Shown: positions 27,457-49,582 of the stretch, piece by piece | How positions within the stretch are numbered: the first letter of the stretch is position 1 | Layout: each line of letters starts with the position of its first letter | NCBI GenBank assembly: GCA_963744995.1 | Contig: CAVUWA010000002.1 | Span: forward strand, 544,001 to 608,000 | From: Candidatus Eiseniibacteriota bacterium | GTDB taxonomy: Bacteria; Eisenbacteria; RBG-16-71-46 | Direction of reading: 5' to 3' | DNA length: 64,000 nt | The notes under the pieces: model-generated | The model's database searches: none | Seen by the model: the letters and a program-made list of their open reading frames with translations, nothing else | What the model was told of the DNA's origin: nothing | Translations under genes and position numbers: made by a program

Positions 27457-27645
27457 TGTCCACCGACGCGCGATGGCGCAGGTTTCGGCGTGTTGCCGAT
27501 CCGGTCGGTGGAGGTCGGAGCCGGGATGCCCGGGGACGATTGAGCGGCAGTGAATGAAAGCGTCGGCGCAGCGCGGAGCGATCCGCGGCGCACCGTGAAG
27601 CCTGCAGCACCGCAAGTCGAACGATCGCAGACAGGGAGCTCTCAG

Positions 27646-28839
<1,194 letters not shown>

Positions 28840-28849
28840 GAGGCGCGTC

Positions 28850-28999
28850 ATGCGCGATCAGGTCACGCTGGCCTGCGGCGAGTGCAAGCGCCGCAACTAC
28901 ATCACGACGAAGAACAAGCGCCTGCATCCGGATCGGCTCGAGCACAAGAAGTTCTGCCCGGCCTGCCGGAAGCACACCGCCCACAAGGAGACGCGATAG
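28850..28999 (+). CDS. rpmG: 50S ribosomal protein L33 (zinc-binding type)
   Basis: Manual translation [49 protein letters not shown]. Confidence 0.96.
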   Translation: MRDQVTLACGECKRRNYITTKNKRLHPDRLEHKKFCPACRKHTAHKETR

Positions 29000-29110
29000 C
29001 CCGGAACGACGCGACGCACGCCGGTTGCGGCGGCGCGGCGCGACTCCGGGGCCGGGGTTGATCCCGGCGGCAAGAGTGGCCGGCGGACCTTCGGGGCATG
29101 ACCGGCATGC

Positions 29111-29187
29111 AGGCCTGTAGCTCAGCTGGCTAGAGCACCGGTCTCCAAAACCGGGGGTCGGGGGTTCGAATCCCTCCAGGCCTGCCA
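29111..29187 (+). tRNA. tRNA-Trp(CCA)
   Basis: CTCCAAA loop, CCA end, position between rpmG and secE. Confidence 0.96.
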
Positions 29188-29244
29188 TTCCACGGCCGAC
29201 GCGCGTGGATGGAGCCCCGCGGGCTCGAACGAGAGGAAGCAGTC

Positions 29245-29436
29245 ATGTCGCTGGTGACCAGGACGCAGGAATTCACGAAGGACGTGCGTGTCGAGTTCAC
29301 GAAGGTGAGCTGGCCCTCGCGTCAGGAAGTGCGGGACTCGACGATCGTGACGATCGTCACCGTTCTGCTGCTCTCGCTGTTCATCGGCCTCGCGGACCGG
29401 GTGATCACTTTCCTCATGGGGTTGCTGCTCCGCTAG
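29245..29436 (+). CDS. secE: Preprotein translocase SecE
   Basis: EFTKVSWPSRQE followed by one TM helix; upstream of nusG. Confidence 0.93.
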   Translation: MSLVTRTQEFTKDVRVEFTKVSWPSRQEVRDSTIVTIVTVLLLSLFIGLADRVITFLMGLLLR

Positions 29437-29490
29437 AAGGACGCGATCGGCGCAGCCGGGCGGTCCGGCGGCCCGCCGCGTAAGGAAAGC

Positions 29491-30027
29491 ATGTCCGATA
29501 CGAAGAAGTGGTACGTGGTTCATACGTATTCAGGTCACGAAAACAAGGTGAAGACGAACCTCGAGAAGGCCATCCATTCGGCCGGACTCGATGAGAAGTT
29601 CGGCCAGATCCTGGTGGCCACCGAAGACTTCGTCGAGATGAAGGACGGCAAGCGCAAGACGTCGAAGCGCAAGACGTTCCCCTCGTACGTCATGGTGGAG
29701 ATGGATTTCGACAACGACACCCGCCACGTCGTGCAGAACGTCCCCGGCGTCACGAAGTTCATCGGGTCGGGTCAGAAGCCGGTCGCGCTGAAGGAAAACG
29801 AAGTGCGGCGGATCCTGGGCCAGATGGAAGCGACGAAGTCGAAACCGACACCGACCGTGTCGTTCCGGATCGGCGACCACGTCCGGGTCATCGATGGACC
29901 GTTCAGCGCCTTCACGGGCGTCGTGGACGAGGTGAACGGCGAACGCGGCAAGGTGAAGGTCATGGTCAGCATCTTCGGCCGCGCCACGCCGGTCGAATTG
30001 GATTTTCTGCAGGTCCAGCCCGTCTGA
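29491..30027 (+). CDS. nusG: Transcription factor NusG
   Basis: [22 protein letters not shown] motif, [10 protein letters not shown]. Confidence 0.97.
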   Translation: MSDTKKWYVVHTYSGHENKVKTNLEKAIHSAGLDEKFGQILVATEDFVEMKDGKRKTSKRKTFPSYVMVEMDFDNDTRHVVQNVPGVTKFIGSGQKPVALKENEVRRILGQMEATKSKPTPTVSFRIGDHVRVIDGPFSAFTGVVDEVNGERGKVKVMVSIFGRATPVELDFLQVQPV

Positions 30028-30038
30028 GGAGTCGAACG

Positions 30039-30464
30039 ATGGCGAAGCCGATTCAAGCCCTAGTGAAACTGCAGTGCAACGCGGGTAACGCGACCCCGGC
30101 GCCGCCGGTGGGGCCGGCCCTCGGTCAGCACGGCCTGAACATCATGGAGTTCTGCAAGCAGTTCAATGCACGGACTCAGCATCAGACCGGGCTCGTCATC
30201 CCCGTCGTCATCACCGTGTACAACGACCGGTCGTTCACGTTCATCACGAAGACGCCCCCGGCGGCGATTCTGCTCAAGCGCTCGGCCGGACTGGCGAAGG
30301 GATCGGGCGTGCCGAACCGGACCAAGGTCGGATCGGTGACGCGGGCGCAGGTGCGGGAGATCGCGGAGCTCAAGGCTCCCGATCTGAACTCCGCGACCGT
30401 CGAGGCCGCGGAGCGGATGGTGATGGGCACGGCCCGCAGCATGGGCATCGAGATCGCCGACTAG
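30039..30464 (+). CDS. rplK: 50S ribosomal protein L11
   Basis: [22 protein letters not shown]. Confidence 0.98.
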   Translation: MAKPIQALVKLQCNAGNATPAPPVGPALGQHGLNIMEFCKQFNARTQHQTGLVIPVVITVYNDRSFTFITKTPPAAILLKRSAGLAKGSGVPNRTKVGSVTRAQVREIAELKAPDLNSATVEAAERMVMGTARSMGIEIAD

Positions 30465-30559
30465 GCCGTGTTCGGGAAGGCCGCCCGCGTGAGCGGGGGG
30501 TGAGCAGGACGCCGGGAGCGGCGATGGCGGATACGCCCGATGAGAAGGGAAGGAACCGA

Positions 30560-30760
30560 ATGGTTCGTCTGGACAAGGAAGATGCGGAGGCCCTGCTGAA
30601 GGGGAAGACGCCGCGGGAGATCTACGAGATCGTCCGCGAAACGGTCTCCAGGGTGCCGGACGCGAAAATCAGCGACCTCACGGAGACGCTGGACTGGGTC
30701 ATCCGCGAGGGTTACGCCACCGAGGCCGAACTGGACGCGGTGGAAGAAGAGTTCAACTAG
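30560..30760 (+). CDS. Small acidic hypothetical protein (66 aa) between rplK and rplA
   Basis: [66 protein letters not shown]; purine-rich SD; typical codon usage. Upstream in-frame starts are possible. Confidence 0.65.
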   Translation: MVRLDKEDAEALLKGKTPREIYEIVRETVSRVPDAKISDLTETLDWVIREGYATEAELDAVEEEFN

Positions 30761-30813
30761 GACCTGGCGCGGCCGGCGGCTCGCCGGCCGGCGGTGGTTC
30801 GAGATCCTTTTCG

Positions 30814-30852
30814 CGTGGGAGTGGCGGCCGGAGCCGTCACGCCGGAACCACG
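30814..30852 (+). promoter_or_regulatory. L1-binding autoregulatory RNA site upstream of rplA
   Basis: CGTGGGAG-[hairpin]-GCCGGAACCACG directly before the rplA SD, matching the GUGGGAG...ACCAC L1-operator layout. Confidence 0.65.
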
Positions 30853-30861
30853 GGAGGTTCG

Positions 30862-31569
30862 ATGAAGTACGGCAAGCGGTACCGGGCGGCGGCGGAAGCC
30901 GTGCAGTCGGCCGGGAAAGTGAGGACGCTCGCGGAGGCGGTGAAGCTGGTGAAGGACACCGCCCGCGCGAAGTTCGACGAGACGATCGTCGTGTCGTCCC
31001 ACCTCGGCGTGGACCCCCGCCACTCCGATCAGCTCGTGCGCGGCACCGTGGTGCTGCCGCACGGTACGGGCAAGCAGTTGCGCGTCCTCGTTCTCTGCAA
31101 GGGAGAGAAGGAAAAGGAAGCGCAGGACGCCGGCGCCGACTTCGTCGGCTCGGCCGAGTACGTGAAGAAGATCCAGGACGGCTGGCTCGACATCGACGCG
31201 ATCGTGGCCACGCCGGACATGATGGGCGAGGTCGGCAAGCTGGGCCGCGTACTCGGACCGCGCGGACTCATGCCGAACCCGAAGAGCGGCACGGTCACCT
31301 TCGACGTCGCGAAGGCCGTGCAGGATCTGAAGGCAGGCAAGATCGAATTCCGCGTCGACAAGGGCGCGAACGTTCACGCGCCGGTCGGCAAGGCTTCCTT
31401 CTCGGAAGACAAGTTGCTCGACAACGCCAGGACATTCATTCGCGAGCTGCTCCGCGCCAAGCCGTCGGCGGCCAAAGGACAGTACGTCCGGAGTCTGACG
31501 ATGAGCGCGACGATGGGGCCGGGCATCGCTCTGGACGCCACGGCCATCGCGGCCGAGGTGGGCCACTAG
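30862..31569 (+). CDS. rplA: 50S ribosomal protein L1
   Basis: [28 protein letters not shown]. Confidence 0.98.
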   Translation: MKYGKRYRAAAEAVQSAGKVRTLAEAVKLVKDTARAKFDETIVVSSHLGVDPRHSDQLVRGTVVLPHGTGKQLRVLVLCKGEKEKEAQDAGADFVGSAEYVKKIQDGWLDIDAIVATPDMMGEVGKLGRVLGPRGLMPNPKSGTVTFDVAKAVQDLKAGKIEFRVDKGANVHAPVGKASFSEDKLLDNARTFIRELLRAKPSAAKGQYVRSLTMSATMGPGIALDATAIAAEVGH

Positions 31570-31578
31570 GAGGGCGAC

Positions 31579-32103
31579 ATGCCGACCGCACAGAAAGAAC
31601 AGATCATCCAGGACGCGACGGAGCGCCTCGAGAACGCGAAGGGCATCTACCTCGCGGACTTCAGCGGTATGACCGTCGAAAAGGCTTCGGAGCTCAGGCG
31701 CAGGTGCCGCGCGGAGAACGTGCAGTTCCGCGTGATCAAGAACACGCTGCTCAAGCGTGCCTTGAACGCACGCGGGATCACCGACCTCGATCCGTTCCTC
31801 AACGGCCCCACCGGGGTCGCGCTGAGCACGGACGACGAGGTGTCGCCGGCGCGGATCCTCGCGGAGTTCGCGAAGGAGAACGAGCGGCCGCGTATCAAGG
31901 CCGGGCTGGTCGAGGGGCGGCTGTTCGACGAACAGCAGGTCGCGACGCTCGCCGCGCTGCCGAGCCGCGAGGTGCTGCTGCAGCAGGTGCTCGGCACCCT
32001 GATCGCTCCGATGACGACGTTCCTCGGCGCGCTGGAAGCGACGCTGCGACTTCCCGCGACGATGGCGGACGTGCTCGCGCAGGAACGGCAGAAGGGCGGA
32101 TGA
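31579..32103 (+). CDS. rplJ: 50S ribosomal protein L10
   Basis: DFSGMTV, VIKNTLLKRA, LAALPSRE. Confidence 0.96.
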   Translation: MPTAQKEQIIQDATERLENAKGIYLADFSGMTVEKASELRRRCRAENVQFRVIKNTLLKRALNARGITDLDPFLNGPTGVALSTDDEVSPARILAEFAKENERPRIKAGLVEGRLFDEQQVATLAALPSREVLLQQVLGTLIAPMTTFLGALEATLRLPATMADVLAQERQKGG

Positions 32104-32205
32104 CGCCGCGTCGGCGGAACGCCGGCTGGACGTCGGGAAACGCCCGGCGCCGAAACGATTTCGAAGAACCCGTAGCCATCCACACATAGAGAAGGAGAAG
32201 ACCCC

Positions 32206-32583
32206 ATGTCCACGGCGGTCGACCAGGTCCTTGACCTGATTGAGAAGATGACGGTGCTCGAGCTGTCCGAGCTCAAGACGAAGTACGAAGACAAGTTCGG
32301 CGTGACCGCCGCGGCCCCGATGATGGCGATGCCGATGGGCGGCATGGGTGGCGCCGCCGTCGCCGAAGAGAAGACCGAGTTCGACGTCATTCTCACGGGG
32401 GCCGGTGACAAGAAGATCCAGGTCATCAAGGTCGTGCGCGAGCTCACGGGTCTGGGCCTCAAGGAGGCGAAGGACCTCGTCGACGGTGCGCCCAAGCCCG
32501 TCAAGGAGAAGGTGAGCAAGGCCGAGGCCGACGAGCTCAAAGCGAAGCTCGAGGAGCAGGGCGCCGCTGTCGAGATCAAGTAG
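32206..32583 (+). CDS. rplL: 50S ribosomal protein L7/L12
   Basis: [34 protein letters not shown]. Confidence 0.98.
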   Translation: MSTAVDQVLDLIEKMTVLELSELKTKYEDKFGVTAAAPMMAMPMGGMGGAAVAEEKTEFDVILTGAGDKKIQVIKVVRELTGLGLKEAKDLVDGAPKPVKEKVSKAEADELKAKLEEQGAAVEIK

Positions 32584-32706
32584 GCCACGATTGAACCGAA
32601 TTGCCGTACGCGGCACCGGCGCCGGACCCGTCGTCCACGACGGGCTCCGGCCGTCCGTGCTGCCTCTGCGCCTTCGCATTCCCCTTTCCAGAGAGGCGGG
32701 AAGGCC

Positions 32707-36576
<3,870 letters not shown>

Positions 36577-36635
36577 CGAACTCAGCGCGCATTCCCGCGC
36601 CGCCGCTGGGCGCGGGTTACCCGAAGGAGAGTCGA

Positions 36636-40882
<4,247 letters not shown>

Positions 40883-40886
<4 letters not shown>

Positions 40887-40911
40887 CAACGAAAGATCAA
40901 GAGACTAGATT
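40883..40911 (+). promoter_or_regulatory. Sigma70 promoter of the str operon
   Basis: TTGACA-N17-TAGATT overlapping the rpoC stop. Confidence 0.7.
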
Positions 40912-41010
40912 GCCCGGTCTGCGCGGCAACGGCGCATGCTTTTCCCACAAGGATGCCGTAGCCTGCCTGACCGCGCAATCCCTTTGGTTACATGTCGTTG
41001 GAGGTTTTCC

Positions 41011-41379
41011 GTGCCGACTCTGAGCCAGCTCATCCGCCATGGGCGGCGGCGTGAAAAGGTGAAGACGGGCGCCCCGGCGCTCAAGGCGTGCCCGCAGAAG
41101 CGGGGCGTGTGCACTCGCGTGTACACCACCACGCCGAAGAAGCCGAACTCGGCGCTCCGCAAGGTCGCGCGCGTGAGACTGACCAACCACATCGAGGTAA
41201 CCGCGTACATTCCGGGCGAGGGACACAACCTCCAGGAGCACTCGATCGTGCTCATTCGCGGGGGTCGTGTGAAGGACCTCCCCGGCGTCCGCTACCACAT
41301 CGTTCGCGGGACGCTCGACGCGAGCGGGGTGGACGGGCGAAAGCAGAGCCGTTCCAAGTACGGAACGAAGTCAAAGTAA
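41011..41379 (+). CDS. rpsL: 30S ribosomal protein S12
   Basis: [28 protein letters not shown] start. Confidence 0.98.
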   Translation: MPTLSQLIRHGRRREKVKTGAPALKACPQKRGVCTRVYTTTPKKPNSALRKVARVRLTNHIEVTAYIPGEGHNLQEHSIVLIRGGRVKDLPGVRYHIVRGTLDASGVDGRKQSRSKYGTKSK

Positions 41380-41477
41380 GGTCGTCATGAGCGCATGCGG
41401 CTGCCCGCAGGGGCCGTCGTGTGCGCGTCTGGCCGTCTCCGGCTGAACCGGAGCGCCGCTCGAGAGGACACACGAGT

Positions 41478-41948
41478 ATGCCTCGCAAAGGCCTGGTTTC
41501 CCGGCGCGAAACGCTGCCGGATGCCATGTACGACAGCGTGCTGGTGACGCGTTTCCTGAACTCCATCATGGTGTCCGGGAATCGGTCGGTCGCCGAACGC
41601 TCTTTCTACGGGGCGATGAAGCTGGTCGAGGAGAGAACCGGGCAGGATGCCATGACGGTTCTCAAGCAGGCGATGAACAACGTGAAGCCTGCTCTCGAAG
41701 TGAAATCCCGCCGGGTCGGTGGTGCGAACTATCAGGTTCCGGTCGAAGTCCGGCCGGAGCGCCGGAACGCGCTCGCGACGCGCTGGATCATCGGGTTCGC
41801 CCGGCAGCGCGCCGACAAGTCGTTCATGGAGAAGTTCGCGAACGAGATCATCGCGGCGTCCCGCAACGAGGGCGGCGCGGTGAAGAAGCGGGAAGACACG
41901 CATCGCATGGCGGACGCGAACAAGGCGTTCGCTCACTATCGCTGGTAG
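41478..41948 (+). CDS. rpsG: 30S ribosomal protein S7
   Basis: EVKSRRVGGANYQVP, MADANKAFAHYRW. Confidence 0.98.
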   Translation: MPRKGLVSRRETLPDAMYDSVLVTRFLNSIMVSGNRSVAERSFYGAMKLVEERTGQDAMTVLKQAMNNVKPALEVKSRRVGGANYQVPVEVRPERRNALATRWIIGFARQRADKSFMEKFANEIIAASRNEGGAVKKREDTHRMADANKAFAHYRW

Positions 41949-42131
41949 CCCACCGGCGGACATAAGGCCGGACTTCGAGCCGGCCTGGACGGACTGCGGG
42001 CCCACGCGGACCCGGGAACGTCTTCGCGTCGCCAGGTGGATCGAGATTCATCACCGCGCTTTCTACGACGGAAAGGCAGGTGGTGCTCCGAAACAGTCAG
42101 ACTCATTCATACGAGAGGTTGGCGAACGCTG

Positions 42132-44210
42132 ATGCCACGGCAGACTGCGCTCGATAAGTATCGAAATATCGGCATTATGGCCCATATCGACGCCGGCAAG
42201 ACCACCTTGACCGAGCGTATCCTGTTCTATACGGGTCGCATCCATCGCACGGGCGAGGTGCACGAAGGCGCCGCCACGATGGACTGGATGGAGCAGGAGC
42301 GGGAACGCGGCATCACGATCACCTCCGCCGCGACGACCGCGATCTGGCGCGACCACCGCGTCAACATCATCGATACTCCCGGACACGTGGACTTCACCGT
42401 CGAAGTCGAGCGCTCGCTGCGCATCCTCGACGGCGCGGTCGCCGTGTTCTGCGCCGTGGGCGGCGTCGAGCCCCAGTCCGAAACGGTCTGGCGCCAGGCC
42501 GACAAGTACAAGGTCCCGCGTATCGCGTTCGTCAACAAGATGGATCGCGTGGGCGCCGATTACGACAACGTGCTCCGCATGATGCGCGAGCGACTCGGCG
42601 CCAAGCCGGTGGCGATCTACCTGCCGATGTTCGTCGGCGATGCCTACACCGGCATCATCGACCTGGTCGACATGGTCGCGGTCACCTATCACGAAGAGAG
42701 CCAGGGCACGACCTTCGCGCGCGGCGAGATCCCGCGCGACATGACCGACAGGGCCAACGAGGAGCGTCACCGGCTGCTCGAGTCGGTCGCCGAGTACGAC
42801 GAGCAGCTCCTCGACGACTACCTGCACGAGCGGCCGTACACCTCCGCCGATCTGCGCCGCGCGCTGCGCGCCGGGACGCTGGGCGGTCACATCACGCCGG
42901 TGCTGTGCGGCTCGGCGTTCAAGAACAAGGGCGTTCAGGGTCTGCTCGACGCCGTGGTGGACTTCCTGCCTTCGCCGGTGGAAGTGCCGCCGATCGAGGG
43001 CCACGACCTGCAGAGCTTCGAGCACGTCACCCGCAAGTCGGCCGATGACGAGCCGTTCGCCGCGCTCGCGTTCAAGATCATGACCGACCCGTACGTCGGC
43101 AAGCTGACCTTCTTCCGCGTGTACTCGGGCACGGTCAAGACCGGCGATCAGGTGCTGAACGCGGCGACCGGCAACAAGGAGCGCATCGGTCGACTGGTAC
43201 AGATGCACGCGAACAAGCGCGAAGAAGTGAAGGAAGTCTACGCGGGCGACATCGCGGCCGGCATCGGCTTCAAGCGGGTGACGACCGGGAACACGCTCTG
43301 CGATCCGGAATACCCGCTCGCGCTCGAGGCGATGCATTTCCCCGAGCCGGTCGTGGACGTGGCCATCGAGCCGAAGTCGAAGGTCGACGAAGAACGCATG
43401 TCGACCGCGCTGCAGCGGCTGTCGGAGGAAGACCCGACGTTCCGCGTGCGCACCGACGACGAGACCAACCAGACGATCATCTCCGGGATGGGCGAGTTGC
43501 ACCTCGAGATCCTGGTCGACCGCATGCTGCGCGAATTCAACGTGCAGGCGAACGTCGGCAAGCCGCAGGTGGCCTATCGCGAGACCATCACGAACCCCGC
43601 CGAGCAGCGTCACCGCTTCGTGCGGCAGACGGGCGGCAAGGGCATGTTCGCGGACGTTCAGATCAAGATCGAGCCGCAGGAACCGGGCAAGGGCTTCGAG
43701 TTCATCAACGACATCAAGGGCGGCACGATTCCCAAGGAGTACATCCCCTCGGTCGAGAAGGGGATCGAAGAGGCGCTGCGGTCCGGCGTCCTCGCCGGCT
43801 ATCCGGTCGTCGACGTCAAGGTCACGTTGTTCGACGGCTCGTACCACGAGGTCGATTCGTCCGAGATGGCGTTCAAGATCGCGGGCTCGATGGCATTCAA
43901 GGAAGCCGTCCGCAAGGCCGGCCCGAAACTGCTCGAGCCGATCATGGACGTCGAAGTCGTCGTGCCCGAGGAATACATGGGTGACATCATCGGGGACCTG
44001 TCGTCACGGCGTGGCCGCATCGGCGGCATGTTCCAGCGCTCCGACGCGCGTGTGATCGCGGCGTCGGTGCCTCTGGCTGAAATGTTCGGGTACGCCACCC
44101 GCATGCGCTCGATTTCCCAGGGCCGTGCGGCGTATTCCATGCAGTTCTCCCGCTACGAAGCCCTGCCGACGTCGGTGGCGGAGGAGATCGTGGCCAAGGC
44201 CAAGGGTTGA
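42132..44210 (+). CDS. fusA: Elongation factor G
   Basis: [32 protein letters not shown]. Confidence 0.99.
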   Translation: MPRQTALDKYRNIGIMAHIDAGKTTLTERILFYTGRIHRTGEVHEGAATMDWMEQERERGITITSAATTAIWRDHRVNIIDTPGHVDFTVEVERSLRILDGAVAVFCAVGGVEPQSETVWRQADKYKVPRIAFVNKMDRVGADYDNVLRMMRERLGAKPVAIYLPMFVGDAYTGIIDLVDMVAVTYHEESQGTTFARGEIPRDMTDRANEERHRLLESVAEYDEQLLDDYLHERPYTSADLRRALRAGTLGGHITPVLCGSAFKNKGVQGLLDAVVDFLPSPVEVPPIEGHDLQSFEHVTRKSADDEPFAALAFKIMTDPYVGKLTFFRVYSGTVKTGDQVLNAATGNKERIGRLVQMHANKREEVKEVYAGDIAAGIGFKRVTTGNTLCDPEYPLALEAMHFPEPVVDVAIEPKSKVDEERMSTALQRLSEEDPTFRVRTDDETNQTIISGMGELHLEILVDRMLREFNVQANVGKPQVAYRETITNPAEQRHRFVRQTGGKGMFADVQIKIEPQEPGKGFEFINDIKGGTIPKEYIPSVEKGIEEALRSGVLAGYPVVDVKVTLFDGSYHEVDSSEMAFKIAGSMAFKEAVRKAGPKLLEPIMDVEVVVPEEYMGDIIGDLSSRRGRIGGMFQRSDARVIAASVPLAEMFGYATRMRSISQGRAAYSMQFSRYEALPTSVAEEIVAKAKG

Positions 44211-44273
44211 TGCGCCGCATCGAGGCGCCGCGGTCCATCGCAATTCCGACGTAGGGACGGAGGAGAAGGTCGT

Positions 44274-45467
<1,194 letters not shown>

Positions 45468-45476
45468 AGGCGCGTC

Positions 45477-45782
45477 ATGCTGCAGAAGATCCGTATCAAA
45501 CTGAAGTCGTACGACCACGCGACGCTCGACCAGTCGGCGTCCGAGATCGTCCGCAGCGCGCGTCGCACCGGCGCCATGACGTCCGGGCCCGTGCCGCTGC
45601 CGACGAAGAAGACGGTCTACACCGTGCTTCGCAGTCCGCACGTCGACAAGAAGTCTCGTGAGCAGTTCGAGATCCGAATCCACAAGCGCCTGATCGAGAT
45701 CACGCGCTCGAGTGCTCAGACGATGGAAGCGCTCGAGAAGCTCGACATCCCGGCCGGCGTCGACATCGAAATCAGGACTTGA
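45477..45782 (+). CDS. rpsJ: 30S ribosomal protein S10
   Basis: [21 protein letters not shown]. Confidence 0.98.
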   Translation: MLQKIRIKLKSYDHATLDQSASEIVRSARRTGAMTSGPVPLPTKKTVYTVLRSPHVDKKSREQFEIRIHKRLIEITRSSAQTMEALEKLDIPAGVDIEIRT

Positions 45783-45856
45783 TCGGGACGTCCGCGAACG
45801 CCGGGCCCGGCCTCGCCGGGCCGGACGGTCTCGCGCTCCCCGGAGGTTCGCAGCGC

Positions 45857-46477
45857 ATGAAGGGCTTGATCGGCAGAAAGGTCGGCATGACCCAGATCTT
45901 CAGCGATCAGGGTGAAGCCGTGCCCGTGACGGTGCTCGAAGTGGGGCCGTGCACGGTGACCGAGCTGCGTACGGAGGCGAAGGACGGCTACAACGCCGTT
46001 CAGCTCGGCTTCGGCACGCAGAAGGAGTCGCGCATGGCGCGGCCGTTCCTCGGCCAGTTCAAGAAGCGCAACCTGGCGCCTTCGCGGGTGCTGCGCGAGT
46101 TCCGGATGGACGACCTCGAGGGTCTGGAGGTCGGACAGAGCCTGAAGGTGGACATCTTCGAGAAGGGCGGCCTGGTGGACGTGATCGGCGTGACGAAGGG
46201 CCGCGGCTTCACCGGCGTGGTCAAGCGTTACGGGTTTTCCGCCGGCCACGCGTCGCACGGTCCGACGCACGGCAAGCAGCCGGGCTCGATCGGCGCGTCG
46301 GCCTATCCTTCACGCGTCATCAAGGGCAAGCGCCTGCCGGGTCGCATGGGTACGGCGCGCTACACCGCGAAGAACCTCGAGGTGATCGGGGTCGACGCCG
46401 AGCAGAACGTTCTCATGGTGAGGGGTGCGGTGCCGGGTCCGACCCGTGGCCTCGTGCTCGTTCACAAGAAAGACTGA
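45857..46477 (+). CDS. rplC: 50S ribosomal protein L3
   Basis: GRKVGMTQIF, TKGRGFTGVVKR, PGSIG. Confidence 0.97.
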   Translation: MKGLIGRKVGMTQIFSDQGEAVPVTVLEVGPCTVTELRTEAKDGYNAVQLGFGTQKESRMARPFLGQFKKRNLAPSRVLREFRMDDLEGLEVGQSLKVDIFEKGGLVDVIGVTKGRGFTGVVKRYGFSAGHASHGPTHGKQPGSIGASAYPSRVIKGKRLPGRMGTARYTAKNLEVIGVDAEQNVLMVRGAVPGPTRGLVLVHKKD

Positions 46478-46478
46478 T

Positions 46479-47105
46479 ATGGACGCCAAGCTCTACGCAT
46501 CCGACGGCAGCGAGAAGGGCACCGCCCCGCTCCCCGAGGACCTGTTCGCCCAGCCGGTGAACGAACACCTGCTGTGGCTGTCGGTGAAGCGCCACCTGGG
46601 CAATCAGCGCCAGGGCACGGCGAAGGTGAAGACGCGCGGCGAGGTGTCCGGCGGCGGCCGCAAGCCGTGGCGTCAGAAGGGCACCGGGCGCGCGCGTGCG
46701 GGTTCGAACACGTCGCCGGTGTGGCCGGGCGGCGGTCGCGCGTTCGGGCCGAAGCCGCGCGACTACCGCACGGATCTGCCCGCGAAGCAGCGCCGCGCGG
46801 CGCTGACCTCCGCGCTGTCGCTCAAGGCCAGCGAGAACGCGGTCGTGGTCGTGGAGTCGCTGAAGTTCGACGCGCCGAAGACGAAGACCATGGCGGACGT
46901 GCTGAAGCGCGCGGGCGTCGACGGACGCCGCACGCTGCTCGTGCTCGCCCAGGCCGACCAGAACCTGATCAAGTCGTGCCGCAACATCAAGAACCTGCGC
47001 ACCACGATGGCGCACCAGCTGAACCCCTACGAGCTGCTCGAGTGCGAAAGCGTGCTGATCACCTCGGACGGACTCGCGCGGGTGCAGGAGGTGTTCGCCA
47101 AATGA
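46479..47105 (+). CDS. rplD: 50S ribosomal protein L4
   Basis: KPWRQKGTGRARAG, FGPKPR. Confidence 0.97.
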   Translation: MDAKLYASDGSEKGTAPLPEDLFAQPVNEHLLWLSVKRHLGNQRQGTAKVKTRGEVSGGGRKPWRQKGTGRARAGSNTSPVWPGGGRAFGPKPRDYRTDLPAKQRRAALTSALSLKASENAVVVVESLKFDAPKTKTMADVLKRAGVDGRRTLLVLAQADQNLIKSCRNIKNLRTTMAHQLNPYELLECESVLITSDGLARVQEVFAK

Positions 47106-47392
47106 GAGACGCACGTTCGCTGGTCAAGAAGGTCCTCATCACCGAGAAGGGCACGGTGCTGCGCGAGAAGCAGAACCAGTACGCCTTCGAAGTGGCGCGG
47201 GACGCGAACAAGATCGAAATCAAGCAGGCCATCGAGAAGATCTTCTCGGTCAAGGTCGCCGAAGTGCGCACCATGCAGATGCACGGCAAGGAAAAGCGCC
47301 AGGGCCGGTCCGCCGGACGGCGCAGCGACTGGAAGAAGGCCATCGTCAAGCTGAAGCCCGATCAGAAGATCGAGCTCTTCGAGCAGATCTAG
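47102..47392 (+). CDS. rplW: 50S ribosomal protein L23
   Basis: [24 protein letters not shown]. Confidence 0.97.
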   Translation: MRDARSLVKKVLITEKGTVLREKQNQYAFEVARDANKIEIKQAIEKIFSVKVAEVRTMQMHGKEKRQGRSAGRRSDWKKAIVKLKPDQKIELFEQI

Positions 47393-47405
47393 GGGGCGAC
47401 GCACC

Positions 47406-48236
47406 ATGCCGCTCAAGAAATTTCGTCCGATCACGCCGACGCTGCGGCATTCGCAGACCGCGGATCATTCGGACATCACGCGCAGCAAGCCGCTCAAGTC
47501 GCTGACCGAGCGCCGCTACAAGACCGGTGGCCGGAACAACAAGGGTCACATCTCGCAGCGCTGGATCGGCGGCGGCCACAAGCAGCGCATCCGTCTCGTC
47601 GACTTCCTTCGCAACAAGGACGGCGTCCCGGCGCGCGTGGCGAGCATCGAGTACGACCCGAACCGCTCGGCACGCATCGCCCTGCTCAACTACGCCGACG
47701 GCGAACGACGCTACATCCTCGCGCCCGACGGCCTCACGGTGGGCGAGGTGCTGATGTCGGGGCCGGACGCCGAGATCAAGGCGGGCAATTGCATGGCGCT
47801 GAAGCACATTCCGCTCGGCACCAGCCTGCACAACGTCGAGATGTACCCCGGCCGCTCATCGCGCGTCGCGCGTGCGGCCGGTGCCTTCTGCCAGCTGATG
47901 GCGCGCGAGGGCGACTACGCCCAGCTGCGGCTGCCGTCGGGCGAAGTGCGCAGGTTTCACGTCAACTGCCGGGCCGTCATCGGTCAGGTGGGCAATCTGG
48001 ATCACGAGAACATCTCGTACGGGAAGGCGGGCCGGCGGCGCTGGCTCGGCCATCTGCCGCGTGTCCGTGGCGTCGCCATGAACCCCGTCGACCACCCGAT
48101 GGGTGGCGGCGAGGGCAAGACGTCGGGCGGCCGGCACCCGTGTTCGCCGTGGGGCAAGCCCGCAAAGGGCGCGAAGACGCGCAAGCGCAAGCTCAGTGAT
48201 GCGCTCATCGTGCGCCGGCGCAAGAAGAGAGCATAA
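47406..48236 (+). CDS. rplB: 50S ribosomal protein L2
   Basis: [30 protein letters not shown]. Confidence 0.98.
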   Translation: MPLKKFRPITPTLRHSQTADHSDITRSKPLKSLTERRYKTGGRNNKGHISQRWIGGGHKQRIRLVDFLRNKDGVPARVASIEYDPNRSARIALLNYADGERRYILAPDGLTVGEVLMSGPDAEIKAGNCMALKHIPLGTSLHNVEMYPGRSSRVARAAGAFCQLMAREGDYAQLRLPSGEVRRFHVNCRAVIGQVGNLDHENISYGKAGRRRWLGHLPRVRGVAMNPVDHPMGGGEGKTSGGRHPCSPWGKPAKGAKTRKRKLSDALIVRRRKKRA

Positions 48237-48247
48237 GGAGCTGAACG

Positions 48248-48541
48248 ATGGCGCGTTCGATCAAAAAGGGGCCGTACGTCGTCGACTCCCTGGTGCGCAA
48301 GGTCGAGGCCTTGAACCGGAGCGGCGACAAGCGCGTCCTCAAGACGTGGGCCCGACGCTGCACCATTCTGCCGGAGTTCGTCGGCCACACGGTCGCGGTC
48401 CACAACGGCAACAAGTTCATTCCGATCTACGTGACCGAGAACATGGTCGGCCACAAGCTCGGCGAATTCGTCCCGACCCGGATCTTCCGCGGCCACACGC
48501 AGTCGTCCGCGGACAAGACCGCGGCGCCTGGAAAGAAGTAA
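48248..48541 (+). CDS. rpsS: 30S ribosomal protein S19
   Basis: [18 protein letters not shown]. Confidence 0.98.
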   Translation: MARSIKKGPYVVDSLVRKVEALNRSGDKRVLKTWARRCTILPEFVGHTVAVHNGNKFIPIYVTENMVGHKLGEFVPTRIFRGHTQSSADKTAAPGKK

Positions 48542-48545
48542 GGCC

Positions 48546-48887
48546 ATGGAAGCGAGAGCCATTCAGCGTTTCGTGCGCATCACGCCGCGCAAGTGCGGCC
48601 AGGTGCTCGAGATGATCCGCGGCCGGAGCGTCGAAGAGGCGCAGACCGCGTTGCAGTTCACGCCGCGGCAGGCGGCTCGAATCATTCAGAAGGTGCTGAA
48701 GTCGGCAGTGGCGAACGCCCTCCACGAGGGCAAGGTCCGCATGGAGGATCTCGTCGTGAAGGAAGCCGTCGTCGGCGCAGGCCCGACCATGAAGCGCTGG
48801 CTTCCGCGCGCGCAGGGTCGCGCCACTCCGATTCTCAAGCGCACGAGTCACGTGACCGTGACCGTGGCTACGAAGGAGTCGCTCTAA
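48546..48887 (+). CDS. rplV: 50S ribosomal protein L22
   Basis: [20 protein letters not shown]. Confidence 0.97.
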   Translation: MEARAIQRFVRITPRKCGQVLEMIRGRSVEEAQTALQFTPRQAARIIQKVLKSAVANALHEGKVRMEDLVVKEAVVGAGPTMKRWLPRAQGRATPILKRTSHVTVTVATKESL

Positions 48888-49570
48888 TGGGTCAGAAAAC
48901 CCATCCCATCGGTTTCCGGCTCGGCATCGTGAAGACCTGGGACTCGCGCTGGTTCGCCAAGCGCGGGTACGCCGAGATGCTCCAGGAGGATCTGCTGATC
49001 AAGCGGTACCTCAAGAAGCGCCTCTATCAGGCCGGCATCTCCAAGATCACGATCGAGCGCAAGGGCGAGAAGATCACGATCGGCATCAAGACGGCGCGTC
49101 CGGGCCTGGTCATCGGCCGCAAGGGCGAGCAGGTCGACAAGCTGTCGGAGGAAATGCGCCAGCTGACGCAGAAGCAGGTGCAGCTCAACATCGAAGAGAT
49201 CAAGCGGGCCGACCTCGACGCGCAGCTGGTGGCGGAGCACATCGCCAAGCAGCTCGAGCAGCGCGTGTCGTTCCGCCGCGCGATGAAGAAGGCGATCGCA
49301 TCCTCGATGCGCGCCGGCGCCCTGGGGATCCGTATCGCCGCTGCGGGCCGCCTCGGTGGCGCCGAGATGTCGCGCTACGAGACGTACCGCGAGGGGCGCG
49401 TTCCGCTGCACACGCTGCGGGCCGACATCGATTTCGCCCGCGCGACGGCCTACACGCCTTACGGCACCTGCGGCGTGAAGGTCTGGATGTTCCATGGCGA
49501 GGTTCTGGATCGGCAGGCGATCGCGAACGCCGAGCCGGCGCCGTCACGTTCGCCCGGCCGGTCCCGGTAG
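48887..49570 (+). CDS. rpsC: 30S ribosomal protein S3
   Basis: [26 protein letters not shown]. Confidence 0.98.
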   Translation: MGQKTHPIGFRLGIVKTWDSRWFAKRGYAEMLQEDLLIKRYLKKRLYQAGISKITIERKGEKITIGIKTARPGLVIGRKGEQVDKLSEEMRQLTQKQVQLNIEEIKRADLDAQLVAEHIAKQLEQRVSFRRAMKKAIASSMRAGALGIRIAAAGRLGGAEMSRYETYREGRVPLHTLRADIDFARATAYTPYGTCGVKVWMFHGEVLDRQAIANAEPAPSRSPGRSR

Positions 49571-49582
49571 GAGTCACGAATC

